From an uncultured virus (IMG/VR IMGVR_UViG_3300021958_000021) (taxonomy: Duplodnaviria > Heunggongvirae > Uroviricota > Caudoviricetes), in IMG/VR virus record IMGVR_UViG_3300021958_000021, positions 62,001 to 126,000 of that record: DNA of 64,000 nt. One strand, given 5' to 3'. The position numbers and the translations under genes are program-made. Of the stretch, positions 49,069 to 58,603 are shown piece by piece. The stretch's first letter is position 1; each line of letters starts with the position of its first letter. The notes under the pieces were generated by a model. It worked only from the letters and a program-made list of their open reading frames with translations. It was not told the DNA's origin and did no database searches.

Positions 49069-49160
49069 AAAAACATGAAAGGAAGAAACATGAAAGGAAA
49101 GACAGAAAATGATGCCCTTTATATGGGTGAAGAACATGGAAAGAACAAGGAGGAAGCACA

Positions 49161-49364
49161 ATGATTACGATGCGGATTTTGAACGAGACTGGACACACCG
49201 AACTAACCTTGGAATCAACCGAGGTTATTGAACAAATTGAAACTCACCCTACTCATTGGGTGTTTATCAATGGTGAATTGATGGCTAGAGAGTCAATTCA
49301 AGAAATTGACTGGAACACCGTTCAAAATGTGGATTTGACCCCTGCTATTGTTGGCGGGCAATAA
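49161..49364 (+). CDS. Ubiquitin-like (beta-grasp, SAMP/MoaD/ThiS-like) protein with GG-Q terminus
   Basis: 67 aa; WVFING...VDLTPAIVGGQ; own TATA-like TTTATAT upstream and a GC hairpin downstream. Confidence 0.75.
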   Translation: MITMRILNETGHTELTLESTEVIEQIETHPTHWVFINGELMARESIQEIDWNTVQNVDLTPAIVGGQ

Positions 49365-49421
49365 AACCTCATTGGTTCATTTTTGGGGGGAGGGCGACCT
49401 CCCCCGTAAGGAGGGGTATAG

Positions 49422-49796
49422 ATGGATTTAAAAAATTTTATTTCAACAGACGCTCTCTGCCTCCTTTTCAAATTGAATGGTTGGTCTGCTCCAAAAACAA
49501 TAGAAATTGAGAACCTAGGAATTTTTAAACCGGATTTTTATGAAACAGGTCATGTTTTGGTTGCTTCTAATAAAGCAATAATACAAGCAAAAGGTCACAC
49601 AATTGTCAAATATAAAAATAAGACTTACGAAGATGTTGCTTCTTTATTAAAAGAACATGGTAATGTTGCAGTATTTGATTTCAAAAACTGGGCCTTTGAA
49701 GTAGAAAAGGAATGGGTTCTTTTTAAAGACGGAGAATGGATGACTTCTTTCACAACTTTAGATAAATTACCAAAAAGAACAAAGTTTCGCTGTTGA
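49422..49796 (+). CDS. Hypothetical protein
   Basis: 124 aa ORF with GGAGG RBS. Confidence 0.6.
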   Translation: MDLKNFISTDALCLLFKLNGWSAPKTIEIENLGIFKPDFYETGHVLVASNKAIIQAKGHTIVKYKNKTYEDVASLLKEHGNVAVFDFKNWAFEVEKEWVLFKDGEWMTSFTTLDKLPKRTKFRC

Positions 49797-50113
49797 TTAT
49801 TATGTTGTCTTTTCAAGACATGAAACTAGTTTGTAATTCATATCTTGGGTCATTTAGTGCAATAAATCAAAAAAGACTTTTGATGGCCTTAGCCTCATGT
49901 GAAGAAATGAAAACTGAGCGTGAGAAAAAATTTAGACTGTATAGAATCCTGCATCTTATTCTTTGGGATTTTGAAGAAGCAATTGAAATTGGTTTTGTCA
50001 ATTTCATAAACTATAAATTCCCAGAAAGACTAGAAGCAATTAAATACCATACTCTCAACAAAGAAATGGATTGTTCTTGTAATATCTGTAAATTAATGGA
50101 GATACCAGCATGA
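49793..50113 (+). CDS. Hypothetical protein
   Basis: 106 aa ORF with C-terminal H...CSCNIC. Confidence 0.5.
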   Translation: MIIMLSFQDMKLVCNSYLGSFSAINQKRLLMALASCEEMKTEREKKFRLYRILHLILWDFEEAIEIGFVNFINYKFPERLEAIKYHTLNKEMDCSCNICKLMEIPA

Positions 50114-50281
50114 AAGAAAAAGACCCAGAATATACCAAAAGTCCTTGGTCTTACAAAAAAAGAGTCGCCACCAAATGTAGGATTTGTGGGGGACAATTAC
50201 TTTTACCAGAAGAAAACAAATTAGAAATGCACAAAGAATGCAAAAATAACATAAATGATAATATATATATGATGTGATATA

Positions 50282-51490
50282 ATGATAGACTATGATTTTG
50301 ATTTTAATATTAAAAAACCCGATGACTCACAAACCAGTTGGACAGTCAATTGTTCAGTTGTTGTTGAAAATCCTGATAATTTAGAAAATACTCTGTTTAG
50401 AAAAATCTTTCCTAGGCATAGTGTTTATCATATTACAGAACGAAAGTCGTCAAAAATAACCTCTTATCCAAACAGACAAGCAAAAGACCCTGTTCATGGC
50501 GGAATTGTTCAACAAATTAAAACTATGATTCAAGTCCCACGAAAACGAAGAAGGCAATATGTTGAAAGAATGGCTGAATATAGCGGCATCCTTAAAATTG
50601 AAGGTCTGCCTATTCTCCTTGCTAAAAATGATATTCGCTATTCTATCAATGGGAGAGCAGAGTCTCTAGAAAGAATTTCTGATATTCTAGCAAGATTGAT
50701 GTTCAAAGCGATTAATACGAAAGATACGAATAAACTAATGGCTTCTCTTTACTCTTTTCTAGATATGCCTGAAAATGTTAGATATGCCCTTGAAAACAAC
50801 ACTCCCTATACTTTTTATCAAGACTTTGAAAAGTATGATGTTAGGCTAAAAACCCAACAAATTGGAGATGATGAATATGCGCTTGAAGTAAGTGATGGAA
50901 TTTGGGGAACAATGTCTTCTAAGGATTTGGTGGTGTTTGTTAATACTTATCTTCACGGCAAAAAAAGAGGGTCTTGGTATCAGATTTCGCCCAAAAATCT
51001 TTACCTGCGAACAGTAGGAAAAGAACCCTCTCAATCTGATATTAAAGTCATGCGAGAGTTTTTGAAACAAAACCGAACTTCGGATATTGTTGAAAAAAGG
51101 GCTAGAGATTTGGTTAGAGAATTAGAATCCCAATATTCCGATAGGATTACTGTCCGTTGGAATGAAAAAGACATGCCGGAAAAAATCTTCGTTAGAGGAA
51201 AAGGTTACGATTGGTTGTTAGAAGCACGAAACTACAAACGGTCATATCAAGATGTATCTACATTTGTCTATCAGCCTCAAGACGGTGAAGGAAATTGGGT
51301 TGGCCCAATTTGTATTGACAATATGAATAATGATTCTTCAATTGGCGACCAATTCGCCGCTAGAGTATTAGCATTTATTAATGATAATGTCACAGTTAAA
51401 TTGGTAAGCACACTTAACCATAGAATAAAAACAGAACCAAATGAATATAGAGTTGATAAAAATGAAGTGTCTAGAATGTGGAATGAATGA
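50282..51490 (+). CDS. Hypothetical protein with Cys-containing C-terminal domain (E2 candidate)
   Basis: 402 aa; GPICID...GDQFAARVLA; lies between the Ubl and E1 genes. Confidence 0.55.
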   Translation: MIDYDFDFNIKKPDDSQTSWTVNCSVVVENPDNLENTLFRKIFPRHSVYHITERKSSKITSYPNRQAKDPVHGGIVQQIKTMIQVPRKRRRQYVERMAEYSGILKIEGLPILLAKNDIRYSINGRAESLERISDILARLMFKAINTKDTNKLMASLYSFLDMPENVRYALENNTPYTFYQDFEKYDVRLKTQQIGDDEYALEVSDGIWGTMSSKDLVVFVNTYLHGKKRGSWYQISPKNLYLRTVGKEPSQSDIKVMREFLKQNRTSDIVEKRARDLVRELESQYSDRITVRWNEKDMPEKIFVRGKGYDWLLEARNYKRSYQDVSTFVYQPQDGEGNWVGPICIDNMNNDSSIGDQFAARVLAFINDNVTVKLVSTLNHRIKTEPNEYRVDKNEVSRMWNE

Positions 51491-52310
51491 ATTTAATTTT
51501 AATGAAGGCCTAGGAGAAACAGAATGCGTCAATTGCGGTTTAGTGGTTCAAAGTGAACCATTTGAACAGAGCGTTAGAATGGTGAATGATGGCGTTTCTG
51601 TTCATTCAGCAGACAGAAATAGGCTAGGGTCTGTTATTACGGGCAAGGGGTCTTATAAATACAATAAGCGGGGAATGAATACTGATATTCCTACGCATAT
51701 TACGAGAGGACTTTCTCTTTGTAAAATGGTTCTTGCTTCTATTCAAGAAAATAGCAATCTTAGAGATAGAGTAGAAGAAGTATATCTTGAATTATATGCA
51801 AAGGGTATTTTTGGAACACACAGTCTTGAAAATAGAGCAGTTTCAGTTACTTATTATGTATTGCTTGAAAACAAGACTCCAACCCCTCTAAAAGATATTG
51901 CTAAAGAATTTGATTGTAAAATTAAATCTACTGGGAAATTAGTTAGAAAAATACTGTCTTTTTATAGGCATAAGAAACCTGACTTAATTCCAGACTCTAA
52001 TTTTTTGTTGTCACAAACGGTAGCAAAAATCACAAACGATGGTTTTTTCTTAACTCTGTGTCAAGAAACTATGCAAGCCTTAGAACCAATTTTAGAAAAA
52101 GCCGACTACAATAAAACTCCGAGTTATTTTGCCTGTATTGCTTGGATTACCAAAAACATTAATCTGTATTCCACAATTACGATTTCTAAGATTTCTAAAA
52201 CAACTGGAATACATCGGGCAACAATATACAAAAACACAAAAAATATTATATCATTGTTAGGATATACAGAAGTTAAAGAAATGAAAGGAAGAAAAATTAA
52301 GGAGGAATAA
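51462..52310 (+). CDS. tfb: Transcription initiation factor B (TFIIB/TFB-like)
   Basis: N-terminal Zn ribbon CLECG...GETECVNCGLV, LGSVI linker, two cyclin-like repeats. Confidence 0.85.
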   Translation: MKCLECGMNEFNFNEGLGETECVNCGLVVQSEPFEQSVRMVNDGVSVHSADRNRLGSVITGKGSYKYNKRGMNTDIPTHITRGLSLCKMVLASIQENSNLRDRVEEVYLELYAKGIFGTHSLENRAVSVTYYVLLENKTPTPLKDIAKEFDCKIKSTGKLVRKILSFYRHKKPDLIPDSNFLLSQTVAKITNDGFFLTLCQETMQALEPILEKADYNKTPSYFACIAWITKNINLYSTITISKISKTTGIHRATIYKNTKNIISLLGYTEVKEMKGRKIKEE

Positions 52311-52312
52311 AA

Positions 52313-52735
52313 ATGAATGAATCAGAAACCATTGATGCGATTGAAACTGGAGTCATTGAGACTCTTAAGAACTTAAGAACAGATTGTCCCTTTTGTAAGG
52401 AACAAACCGAGTTGTATTTGAGGAAACAAAATAATACATTTTTGGCACTCACTAACCCGTTTGACGACTTACAATTCATGCTCAATTTTAATTGGGATTG
52501 TCCTGTTTGCGAAAAAAATGTAAAACCTAAAGATGTTCTTCCTCTTTCTCCCGAAGAACAAGAGGTTGAAAAATATGAAAATATGGGACACAAGGTTGTA
52601 TTCCACATGGAATACGACGCATACTTGAATTATACTCTTAAGGAGAAAATTGGCTCACAAGATTGTGAGGATAAAAATTGTGAATTTTGCAATAAAGAAA
52701 TTGATTGGAAGAAAATTAAGGAGGAATACGAATGA
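52313..52735 (+). CDS. Zn-ribbon protein
   Basis: CPFC...CPVC and a C-terminal CEDKNCEFC. Confidence 0.6.
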   Translation: MNESETIDAIETGVIETLKNLRTDCPFCKEQTELYLRKQNNTFLALTNPFDDLQFMLNFNWDCPVCEKNVKPKDVLPLSPEEQEVEKYENMGHKVVFHMEYDAYLNYTLKEKIGSQDCEDKNCEFCNKEIDWKKIKEEYE

Positions 52736-53289
52736 GAAAAGTATTAATTATTGGAGCAGGAGGAATTGGAAGTTTTCTAATTCCTATATTGGATAAAGTG
52801 GGACTTTACCGCATTCATGTGGCTGACCCCGATAGTGTAGAAACAAAGAACCTACCATATCAAAACTTTAAGAAAGGTCATGTTGGACAGAATAAGGCTC
52901 AAGTAATGATGGATTCTTATGAATCTGTCGCTACTTATAGTAAATATCCCATTTTGACCGAAAAACAAATGCAGGGATATGACCTTGTAATTTGTTGTGT
53001 GGATAACATTTCAGTAAGGCGAACCTTATACAACACAAGTATTAAATGGCTTGACTTACGAGCGCAGGGCAGAAATGCCGCTCTTGTGTCACATAAGGCC
53101 GACCCCAAAATGTATGATATGCTTTTGGCTGGTGAAGAGGGTTCTTTCAGTTGTCAAGGGGATTCATGGGATGGAACAAATAATGGTGTTCATTATATGC
53201 AAGTCGCAATTGCAGGATTAGGCGCACAATGGGCGCAAAGATATTTTAATAAAGAAGAAGTAAAAGAATACATGGTATTAAACGCATAA
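52732..53289 (+). CDS. ThiF/MoeB/E1-like adenylating enzyme
   Basis: IIGAGGIGS, DPDSVETKNL.YQ, GQNKA, CVDN..RR and a C-terminal SCQ. Confidence 0.9.
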   Translation: MRKVLIIGAGGIGSFLIPILDKVGLYRIHVADPDSVETKNLPYQNFKKGHVGQNKAQVMMDSYESVATYSKYPILTEKQMQGYDLVICCVDNISVRRTLYNTSIKWLDLRAQGRNAALVSHKADPKMYDMLLAGEEGSFSCQGDSWDGTNNGVHYMQVAIAGLGAQWAQRYFNKEEVKEYMVLNA

Positions 53290-53301
53290 GGAGAGAGAAA
53301 C

Positions 53302-53895
53302 ATGAAAAAACAAAGAAAACAATATAAGTGGACAGAAGCGCAACTTGAGTTTATTAGAAATAAACCCGATGATATTTCATGGGAAAAATATACTCAAATG
53401 ATGAACGCAACTTTTAATGTGCAGAGGAAAACTAATTCGGTATATCAGAAATATTTCCTCTTTCAAAAACAGGAAAAGGAAAAAGAAACGAAGGAAGAAG
53501 AAATTGTTCCTGAAATTGTAGAAACACAGCCTGTAGAAGAGAAAAAGAAAAAGAGATTTTCTCGGACTCGTTGCCGTTGGACACCTCAAGAAGAATTGGA
53601 GATTTTAGTAGATTTTTACAGTCTTTCTGTTGATGAAGCAAGAGAACGCTGGCAACGACCATATCATGCAATTGCTAACCGATTGGAGTTAATTTGTGAT
53701 GAAACAGAACCCCATCATAATGCGTTGCTTGTAGAGGCGACTAACATCATTCGTTTGCGAAAGAACATGATGCAAAAGCCGACCCGAAAAGACCGAAAGG
53801 CGGCGAAAAGAGCGGCTAAATTGGCTAAGAAACAGGCTCGCCTTGCTCGGAAAATGGACAAAATAGGTAGTGAAAATAATGGAAATAAGTTTTGA
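53302..53895 (+). CDS. Myb/SANT-like HTH repeat protein with basic tail
   Basis: YKWTEAQLEFI and RWTPQEELEI repeats; RKAAKRAAKLAKK tail. Confidence 0.6.
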   Translation: MKKQRKQYKWTEAQLEFIRNKPDDISWEKYTQMMNATFNVQRKTNSVYQKYFLFQKQEKEKETKEEEIVPEIVETQPVEEKKKKRFSRTRCRWTPQEELEILVDFYSLSVDEARERWQRPYHAIANRLELICDETEPHHNALLVEATNIIRLRKNMMQKPTRKDRKAAKRAAKLAKKQARLARKMDKIGSENNGNKF

Positions 53896-54409
53896 TGATG
53901 ACAGAAAAGAAGCAATTGCTCATGTTGAGCAGGTCTGGCAGAAGGTTCTTTTAGAACTTTCTTCAACTGCTGGATATGATTATGAAAATCTTGTTGATGC
54001 AGAACATAGCCTTGAATTACAAGATGCTATTTGGTATGCTTCAACTAGCATTTTGCCTCATTTAGAAGTCCAAGCAGTTATTGATGCAAAGAACAATATT
54101 TTTGTTTCAACTGGAACGGCAGGATATGTGGATTATTTGACTATTGACCCATCTAATCTTGTCGGAATGAAATTGCCTATTAAGTGTTGGATTCACACTC
54201 ATCCTTTTGGGGCGGCATATTTCTCTGGAACTGATTGGAAAACCATTTCTATCTGGAAAAGTGTGATGCAAAGTGCCTATGTTTTAGGAAGCGAAATGTC
54301 TTCTGCTGGACACTATGGCTTTTGGAATCAAAACGCTCCCGATATTTTAGAAGTGTATTATAATGGGGAACATACCCAAACTCAAGAATTAAAGGAGGAA
54401 GAAGAATGA
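53879..54409 (+). CDS. JAB/MPN+ (JAMM) metalloprotease
   Basis: LEVQ...WIHTHPFGAAYFSGTD matches E...HxH-x7-S-x2-D. Confidence 0.88.
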   Translation: MEISFDDDRKEAIAHVEQVWQKVLLELSSTAGYDYENLVDAEHSLELQDAIWYASTSILPHLEVQAVIDAKNNIFVSTGTAGYVDYLTIDPSNLVGMKLPIKCWIHTHPFGAAYFSGTDWKTISIWKSVMQSAYVLGSEMSSAGHYGFWNQNAPDILEVYYNGEHTQTQELKEEEE

Positions 54410-54693
54410 CGAAGTTTAGAACAATTAAAAGTGGATTAAGCACCGCAAAGAAATATGGAGACAGACCAATGCGCCGACATGATGAAGAACCATTGGAACC
54501 CCATCATATTCGTCATCCCAATGACAAAAATGAGCGAAGAACCGATAAAGGCGTTCAATGGGTTAAAAAAGGTGCAAAAAAGACTGAGAGAGAAAAACGC
54601 CTTGAACAGTTTTACAAAACTCATGTTTATACTTGGGTTACACCACAAAGAAAGGCTTGGGTGGCTATCCCTGTAAAGGAGGAAGAAGAATGA
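54406..54693 (+). CDS. Basic hypothetical protein
   Basis: 95 aa ORF overlapping its neighbours. Confidence 0.55.
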   Translation: MTKFRTIKSGLSTAKKYGDRPMRRHDEEPLEPHHIRHPNDKNERRTDKGVQWVKKGAKKTEREKRLEQFYKTHVYTWVTPQRKAWVAIPVKEEEE

Positions 54694-54911
54694 CATGGAA
54701 GGCAGTAGGAAATTGGATTGTTGTTGAAAAGATTCAATCAAAAGGTAAAACTGGAATTATACAAGTCAAAGATAACATTGGTGAAGTAGTATCTAGTAAC
54801 TATGCAGAATTAAAAGGAAAGACGATTATTTACAATAATTATAATCGTATCAATAGCCACAATGGATTTGCATTTGTTAAATATGACGATATTATGGGGG
54901 TGCAAGAGTAA
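54690..54911 (+). CDS. groS: Co-chaperonin GroES-like
   Basis: KAVGNWIVVE..KTGII..GEVVS...FVKYDDIMGV; just upstream of GroEL. Confidence 0.7.
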   Translation: MTWKAVGNWIVVEKIQSKGKTGIIQVKDNIGEVVSSNYAELKGKTIIYNNYNRINSHNGFAFVKYDDIMGVQE

Positions 54912-55169
54912 TGTGCGGTGCAATTTCAACACCATGCGAAACAGAAAATTGTGAAAATTTCACAAAAACTGTTTATTGTTTTCAATGCGAAACAAACATG
55001 ATGCATCTTACGGGGGTCTAATTATGTGCGATATGTGCGGAAAAAAAGCAATTCGCTACAAATCATTTGGCTCAACAGGTATGCGATATTTTTGTAGTGA
55101 AAAATGTTGGGCTGAGTATAATCTTATGCCTATTAAAGAAGAAGGATATTACGGACTGGAGAAATTAGA

Positions 55170-56684
55170 ATGATTATTCATGGAGAAGAAGTAAAAGAAA
55201 AACTACTACAAGGGATTAATCTTGTAGCGGCCACAGTAAGCCCGACTTTAGGCCCACAAGCAAAAACAGTTATTTTGCAGGGAGAACCCCCAATTATTAT
55301 TAATGACGGAGTTACTATTGCTAAATATGTTTCACATGCTGACCCGTATGTTCAAATGGGAATCCAAATGGTTCAGAATCTTTCTTCAAAGGCTCAAGAA
55401 TTAAATGGAGATGGGACTACAACTTCTTGTATTATTGCTGAGGCTCTTTGCGAATCTATTAATTCTCAGAACTTTTACAACCTGCATACTTTGCGGCAAG
55501 AATTAGAAGAAGCACAACACATCGTTGTTAATGCGCTGGAATCTAATGCTTTGGAAGTTACAGATGAAGATATTGTTTCTGTCGCTACTATTGCATCTAA
55601 TAATGACGAATATCTTGGTAACTTGATTCATCAAGCAATTGCAAAGGTTGGGCGTGATGGAATCATTACTGTTGAAGAATCGCCAAACTACAAAACTAAT
55701 TTGTTGGTAAGAGAAGGTCTTGAAATTGATGAAGGTTTCCTAAGTCATTTAATGGCGAATGGGGAAGATGGGAAGGCCACTTATGACAATCCTTTGATTT
55801 TTTCATCTAATTTGAATATCCGGAATTTTGATATGATTTTGCCGATGTTGGAATATGCTTCGTCAAATAACCGACCTTTAATTATTTTCTGTAAAGGCAT
55901 GGAAGGTTCAGCCATGAACAATTTAGTTATGAACCTTTTGCAGAAGACGGTTCAAGTCTGTGCGATTGGCGCACCTAATTTTGGTGACGCTCAAATTGAC
56001 GAATTAGGAGATATTGTTGCTACTGTTGGAGGTCGCCTATTTACAGATGAAAGCCACGATGAACCCGAAAGAATTATGCCGCATGAGTTTGGGACTTGTG
56101 ATAGAATTATTGTCACGAAAGAAAAAACAATTATTGTAGGCGGGAACGGAGATGTATCTTCTAGGATTAATACTCTTAAGCAAACTTTTGCTGATACTGA
56201 GGATAATTATGTAAAGGCTCGTCTGAAGAAAAGAATTTCAATTTTGAACGGCGGAGTCGCCACAATTCAGATTGGGGCTTCTTCTCAAATTCAAATGCGA
56301 GAAACTAAAGAAAGACTAGATGATGCCCTTAACGCTACAAAAGCGGCTCTTTCGGAAGGAATTATTGTTGGTGGAGGATTAGGCCTATTGCAAGCAAGAG
56401 AATCCCTTGAATTGCTGAAGACAGGCCATAAGATTGTATATGACGCATTAGAAGCCCCTATGGGGGCTTTATTAGCAAATAGCGGAATTGAGCAAACTAC
56501 TGCATTTGATAAGTTTCGGCCTGACGAAAACTTTGGATTTAACGCTTTGACGGGACAGTATGGAAATCTTTTTGAAGAAGGAGTCATTGACCCAGTTAAG
56601 GTAGTCAAGGGAAGTTTCAATTGTGCAATTTCAATTGCTCAATTGTTCTTGACAACTGAAGTAGCAGTATTGTTGGAGGAATAA
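55170..56684 (+). CDS. groL: Group I chaperonin GroEL-like
   Basis: TLGPQ, INDGVTIAK, GDGTTT, APNFGD, ERLDDALNATKAA..EGII.GGG and GVIDPVKV. Confidence 0.93.
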   Translation: MIIHGEEVKEKLLQGINLVAATVSPTLGPQAKTVILQGEPPIIINDGVTIAKYVSHADPYVQMGIQMVQNLSSKAQELNGDGTTTSCIIAEALCESINSQNFYNLHTLRQELEEAQHIVVNALESNALEVTDEDIVSVATIASNNDEYLGNLIHQAIAKVGRDGIITVEESPNYKTNLLVREGLEIDEGFLSHLMANGEDGKATYDNPLIFSSNLNIRNFDMILPMLEYASSNNRPLIIFCKGMEGSAMNNLVMNLLQKTVQVCAIGAPNFGDAQIDELGDIVATVGGRLFTDESHDEPERIMPHEFGTCDRIIVTKEKTIIVGGNGDVSSRINTLKQTFADTEDNYVKARLKKRISILNGGVATIQIGASSQIQMRETKERLDDALNATKAALSEGIIVGGGLGLLQARESLELLKTGHKIVYDALEAPMGALLANSGIEQTTAFDKFRPDENFGFNALTGQYGNLFEEGVIDPVKVVKGSFNCAISIAQLFLTTEVAVLLEE

Positions 56685-56686
56685 AT

Positions 56687-57148
56687 ATGGAAAATAGTAA
56701 GAGCAGAACAAGAAAACGCGTGGGCTTTTGGAATAATTGGAAAAATGATTTTCCCCAATATCCTATGCCTGAAGAAAATGCCGCTAATTATGATATTGAA
56801 AGAATGGCGGATTATCTAAAAAGTGCGCCAGCCTTCTCACATTTTAGAGGTTCTTCTACTTGTAGGATTTGTCAGAAACCCAATGGCTCTACCACAAAAA
56901 TAGACGGAGTTTATACCTTCCCAAGTGGTTTAGAACACTATGTTCGTGAACACCACATCAAATTGGATGAAGACTTTGTTGAGCATGTAGAAAAAAATCA
57001 ATATAGTTTTAAAAATACTTTTGATTCTTTATCAGACGAAAAGCAAAGGGCATTAGCAGTATTTTGGAGAAGAGAAATGCCGCAAGCCGCTCTTAATTCG
57101 TTAGCCGCTTATTATGCGGAAGAATTTCCCGAATGGACAGAGGATTGA
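56687..57148 (+). CDS. Conserved-looking Zn-binding hypothetical protein
   Basis: RGSSTCRIC...PSGLEHYVREH. Confidence 0.6.
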   Translation: MENSKSRTRKRVGFWNNWKNDFPQYPMPEENAANYDIERMADYLKSAPAFSHFRGSSTCRICQKPNGSTTKIDGVYTFPSGLEHYVREHHIKLDEDFVEHVEKNQYSFKNTFDSLSDEKQRALAVFWRREMPQAALNSLAAYYAEEFPEWTED

Positions 57149-57247
57149 TAAAATGGAATGTAAGAAATGCCGTAGAAGCATGTTGTCCCAACATTTGAGT
57201 ATTTTGTATATTTGCTATGATTGCTTGAAAAAATTGAGGGAAGAAGA

Positions 57248-57646
57248 ATGACAGAAAGAGCAGTAACGGTGACTTTACCTGCCCCACATAAGGCAGAAAT
57301 TAAATGTCCTATTTGTTCTGGAAACCGATGTAAAGTTTGTGAAAATAGTGGGTCGCTAAAAATTGCAGTTGCTCCCAAAATCCCTATTCAAAGAGCGCAC
57401 ATTGTTAAATATGTGGTTGATAATATTCACGAAATTGCCGGAGAAATTACTAGAATGTATGGCCTAGTCCCCAAAGTTAATACCGAAGAAGTTACTAGCA
57501 TAAATGGTGGACAATATGAAATAGTTAAGGTTTCTAGTCTTGGCGGGGTCTGTTGGGTTGTTAATCGTATAGATGAGTTAGACACCCCTAGATATTTTAC
57601 TTCATTACAAGAATTGGATAAGTTTAAGCAGGGGTGGATGAATTGA
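57248..57646 (+). CDS. Zn-finger protein (CxxCxG..CxxC)
   Basis: CPICSGNRCKVC. Confidence 0.6.
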   Translation: MTERAVTVTLPAPHKAEIKCPICSGNRCKVCENSGSLKIAVAPKIPIQRAHIVKYVVDNIHEIAGEITRMYGLVPKVNTEEVTSINGGQYEIVKVSSLGGVCWVVNRIDELDTPRYFTSLQELDKFKQGWMN

Positions 57647-57840
57647 GCGAATTAGAAACAGTCGGAATTATAGCGAGAACCGCTACTGACACTATTCTCA
57701 TTAAGAGAGGAAAATATTGGAATGTTGAAGTCTTGGACATTCGGTGGTATAATAACGATAAACCATCAAGAAAAGGTATTCGTATGAATATGGAAGAAGC
57801 AAAAGAATTACTAGAAATATTAAGGAGAGAAATAGAATGA
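57634..57840 (+). CDS. PC4/Sub1-like ssDNA-binding protein
   Basis: VLDIRWY...PSRKGIRM...KELLE, a PC4 signature. Confidence 0.78.
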   Translation: MDELSELETVGIIARTATDTILIKRGKYWNVEVLDIRWYNNDKPSRKGIRMNMEEAKELLEILRREIE

Positions 57841-58109
57841 CTAGAATTAGTGAATTACAGGCAAAAAAGGCTTTGAGAAAAGCAAACCCTAAACGACAAT
57901 ATGGTTATGGGGCAGTTTCAAAGTTTAAAGTAAGTGCAGGAAAAATGGTAGATTTCATGGCGTTGTATATTGAACAAAGAATGCCCCTTCCCCCGAATAG
58001 TGGAAAAGGATGCAGGGTTCAGCCACATCACATTGAAAATTATTTCAATGAGATTGAAAATGCCCTACTAAAACTATTTCTTTCCTCAAGTGGGGAGGAA
58101 GAAGAATGA
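57837..58109 (+). CDS. Possible divergent histone-fold protein
   Basis: RISE..AKKALR...GAV...long helix...RVQPHHI. Confidence 0.4.
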   Translation: MTRISELQAKKALRKANPKRQYGYGAVSKFKVSAGKMVDFMALYIEQRMPLPPNSGKGCRVQPHHIENYFNEIENALLKLFLSSSGEEEE

Positions 58110-58603
58110 TGATGAAATTGGGGGATGCGATGCTTGAGTTAGCAACCATCGCCGCCGATTCTAAGGCATTTGATAAATGGGTTCTTGAAAAGAGGGCGTG
58201 TTTAGATAAATCTTTGATTCCTAGATTTACAAAAGAATTGACTGGAATTAAAAAAATTCGCAAAAATAAAAAGTTTGCAGACCAATATAGGTTGCATTTA
58301 AGTCTCGTATTTATTTTCTTTTGGGAAGCAAGGGACGATTGGAGAGTTGAAAACTTTTGTTTTCAAGTCGCTCATGCAACAATTATGTTTATGCAACAAA
58401 CTTCATTTCGTATGCCCGAAGAATTGAAGACAACACTAAATGACTTCAACTTCCTTGAAGTTTATTTAAATTGGGCAAACTCAGTATTAGAAGGAAATGA
58501 TGAAAATGACATGGAAATTGATGACAAACTTATTGGAAGCGACGGATGGACGAACACCGACGATTCAGACAAAAATGATTTTAAGGGAAATGGAGAATTT
58601 TGA
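58106..58603 (+). CDS. Hypothetical protein
   Basis: 165 aa ORF; 3' end overlaps the ligase start. Confidence 0.55.
   Translation: MMMKLGDAMLELATIAADSKAFDKWVLEKRACLDKSLIPRFTKELTGIKKIRKNKKFADQYRLHLSLVFIFFWEARDDWRVENFCFQVAHATIMFMQQTSFRMPEELKTTLNDFNFLEVYLNWANSVLEGNDENDMEIDDKLIGSDGWTNTDDSDKNDFKGNGEF

Noticed and set aside
49071..49100. Short tandem duplication AAACATGAAAGGAA upstream of the Ubl gene
   Set aside because: Only two copies in low-complexity A-rich sequence; no function can be supported
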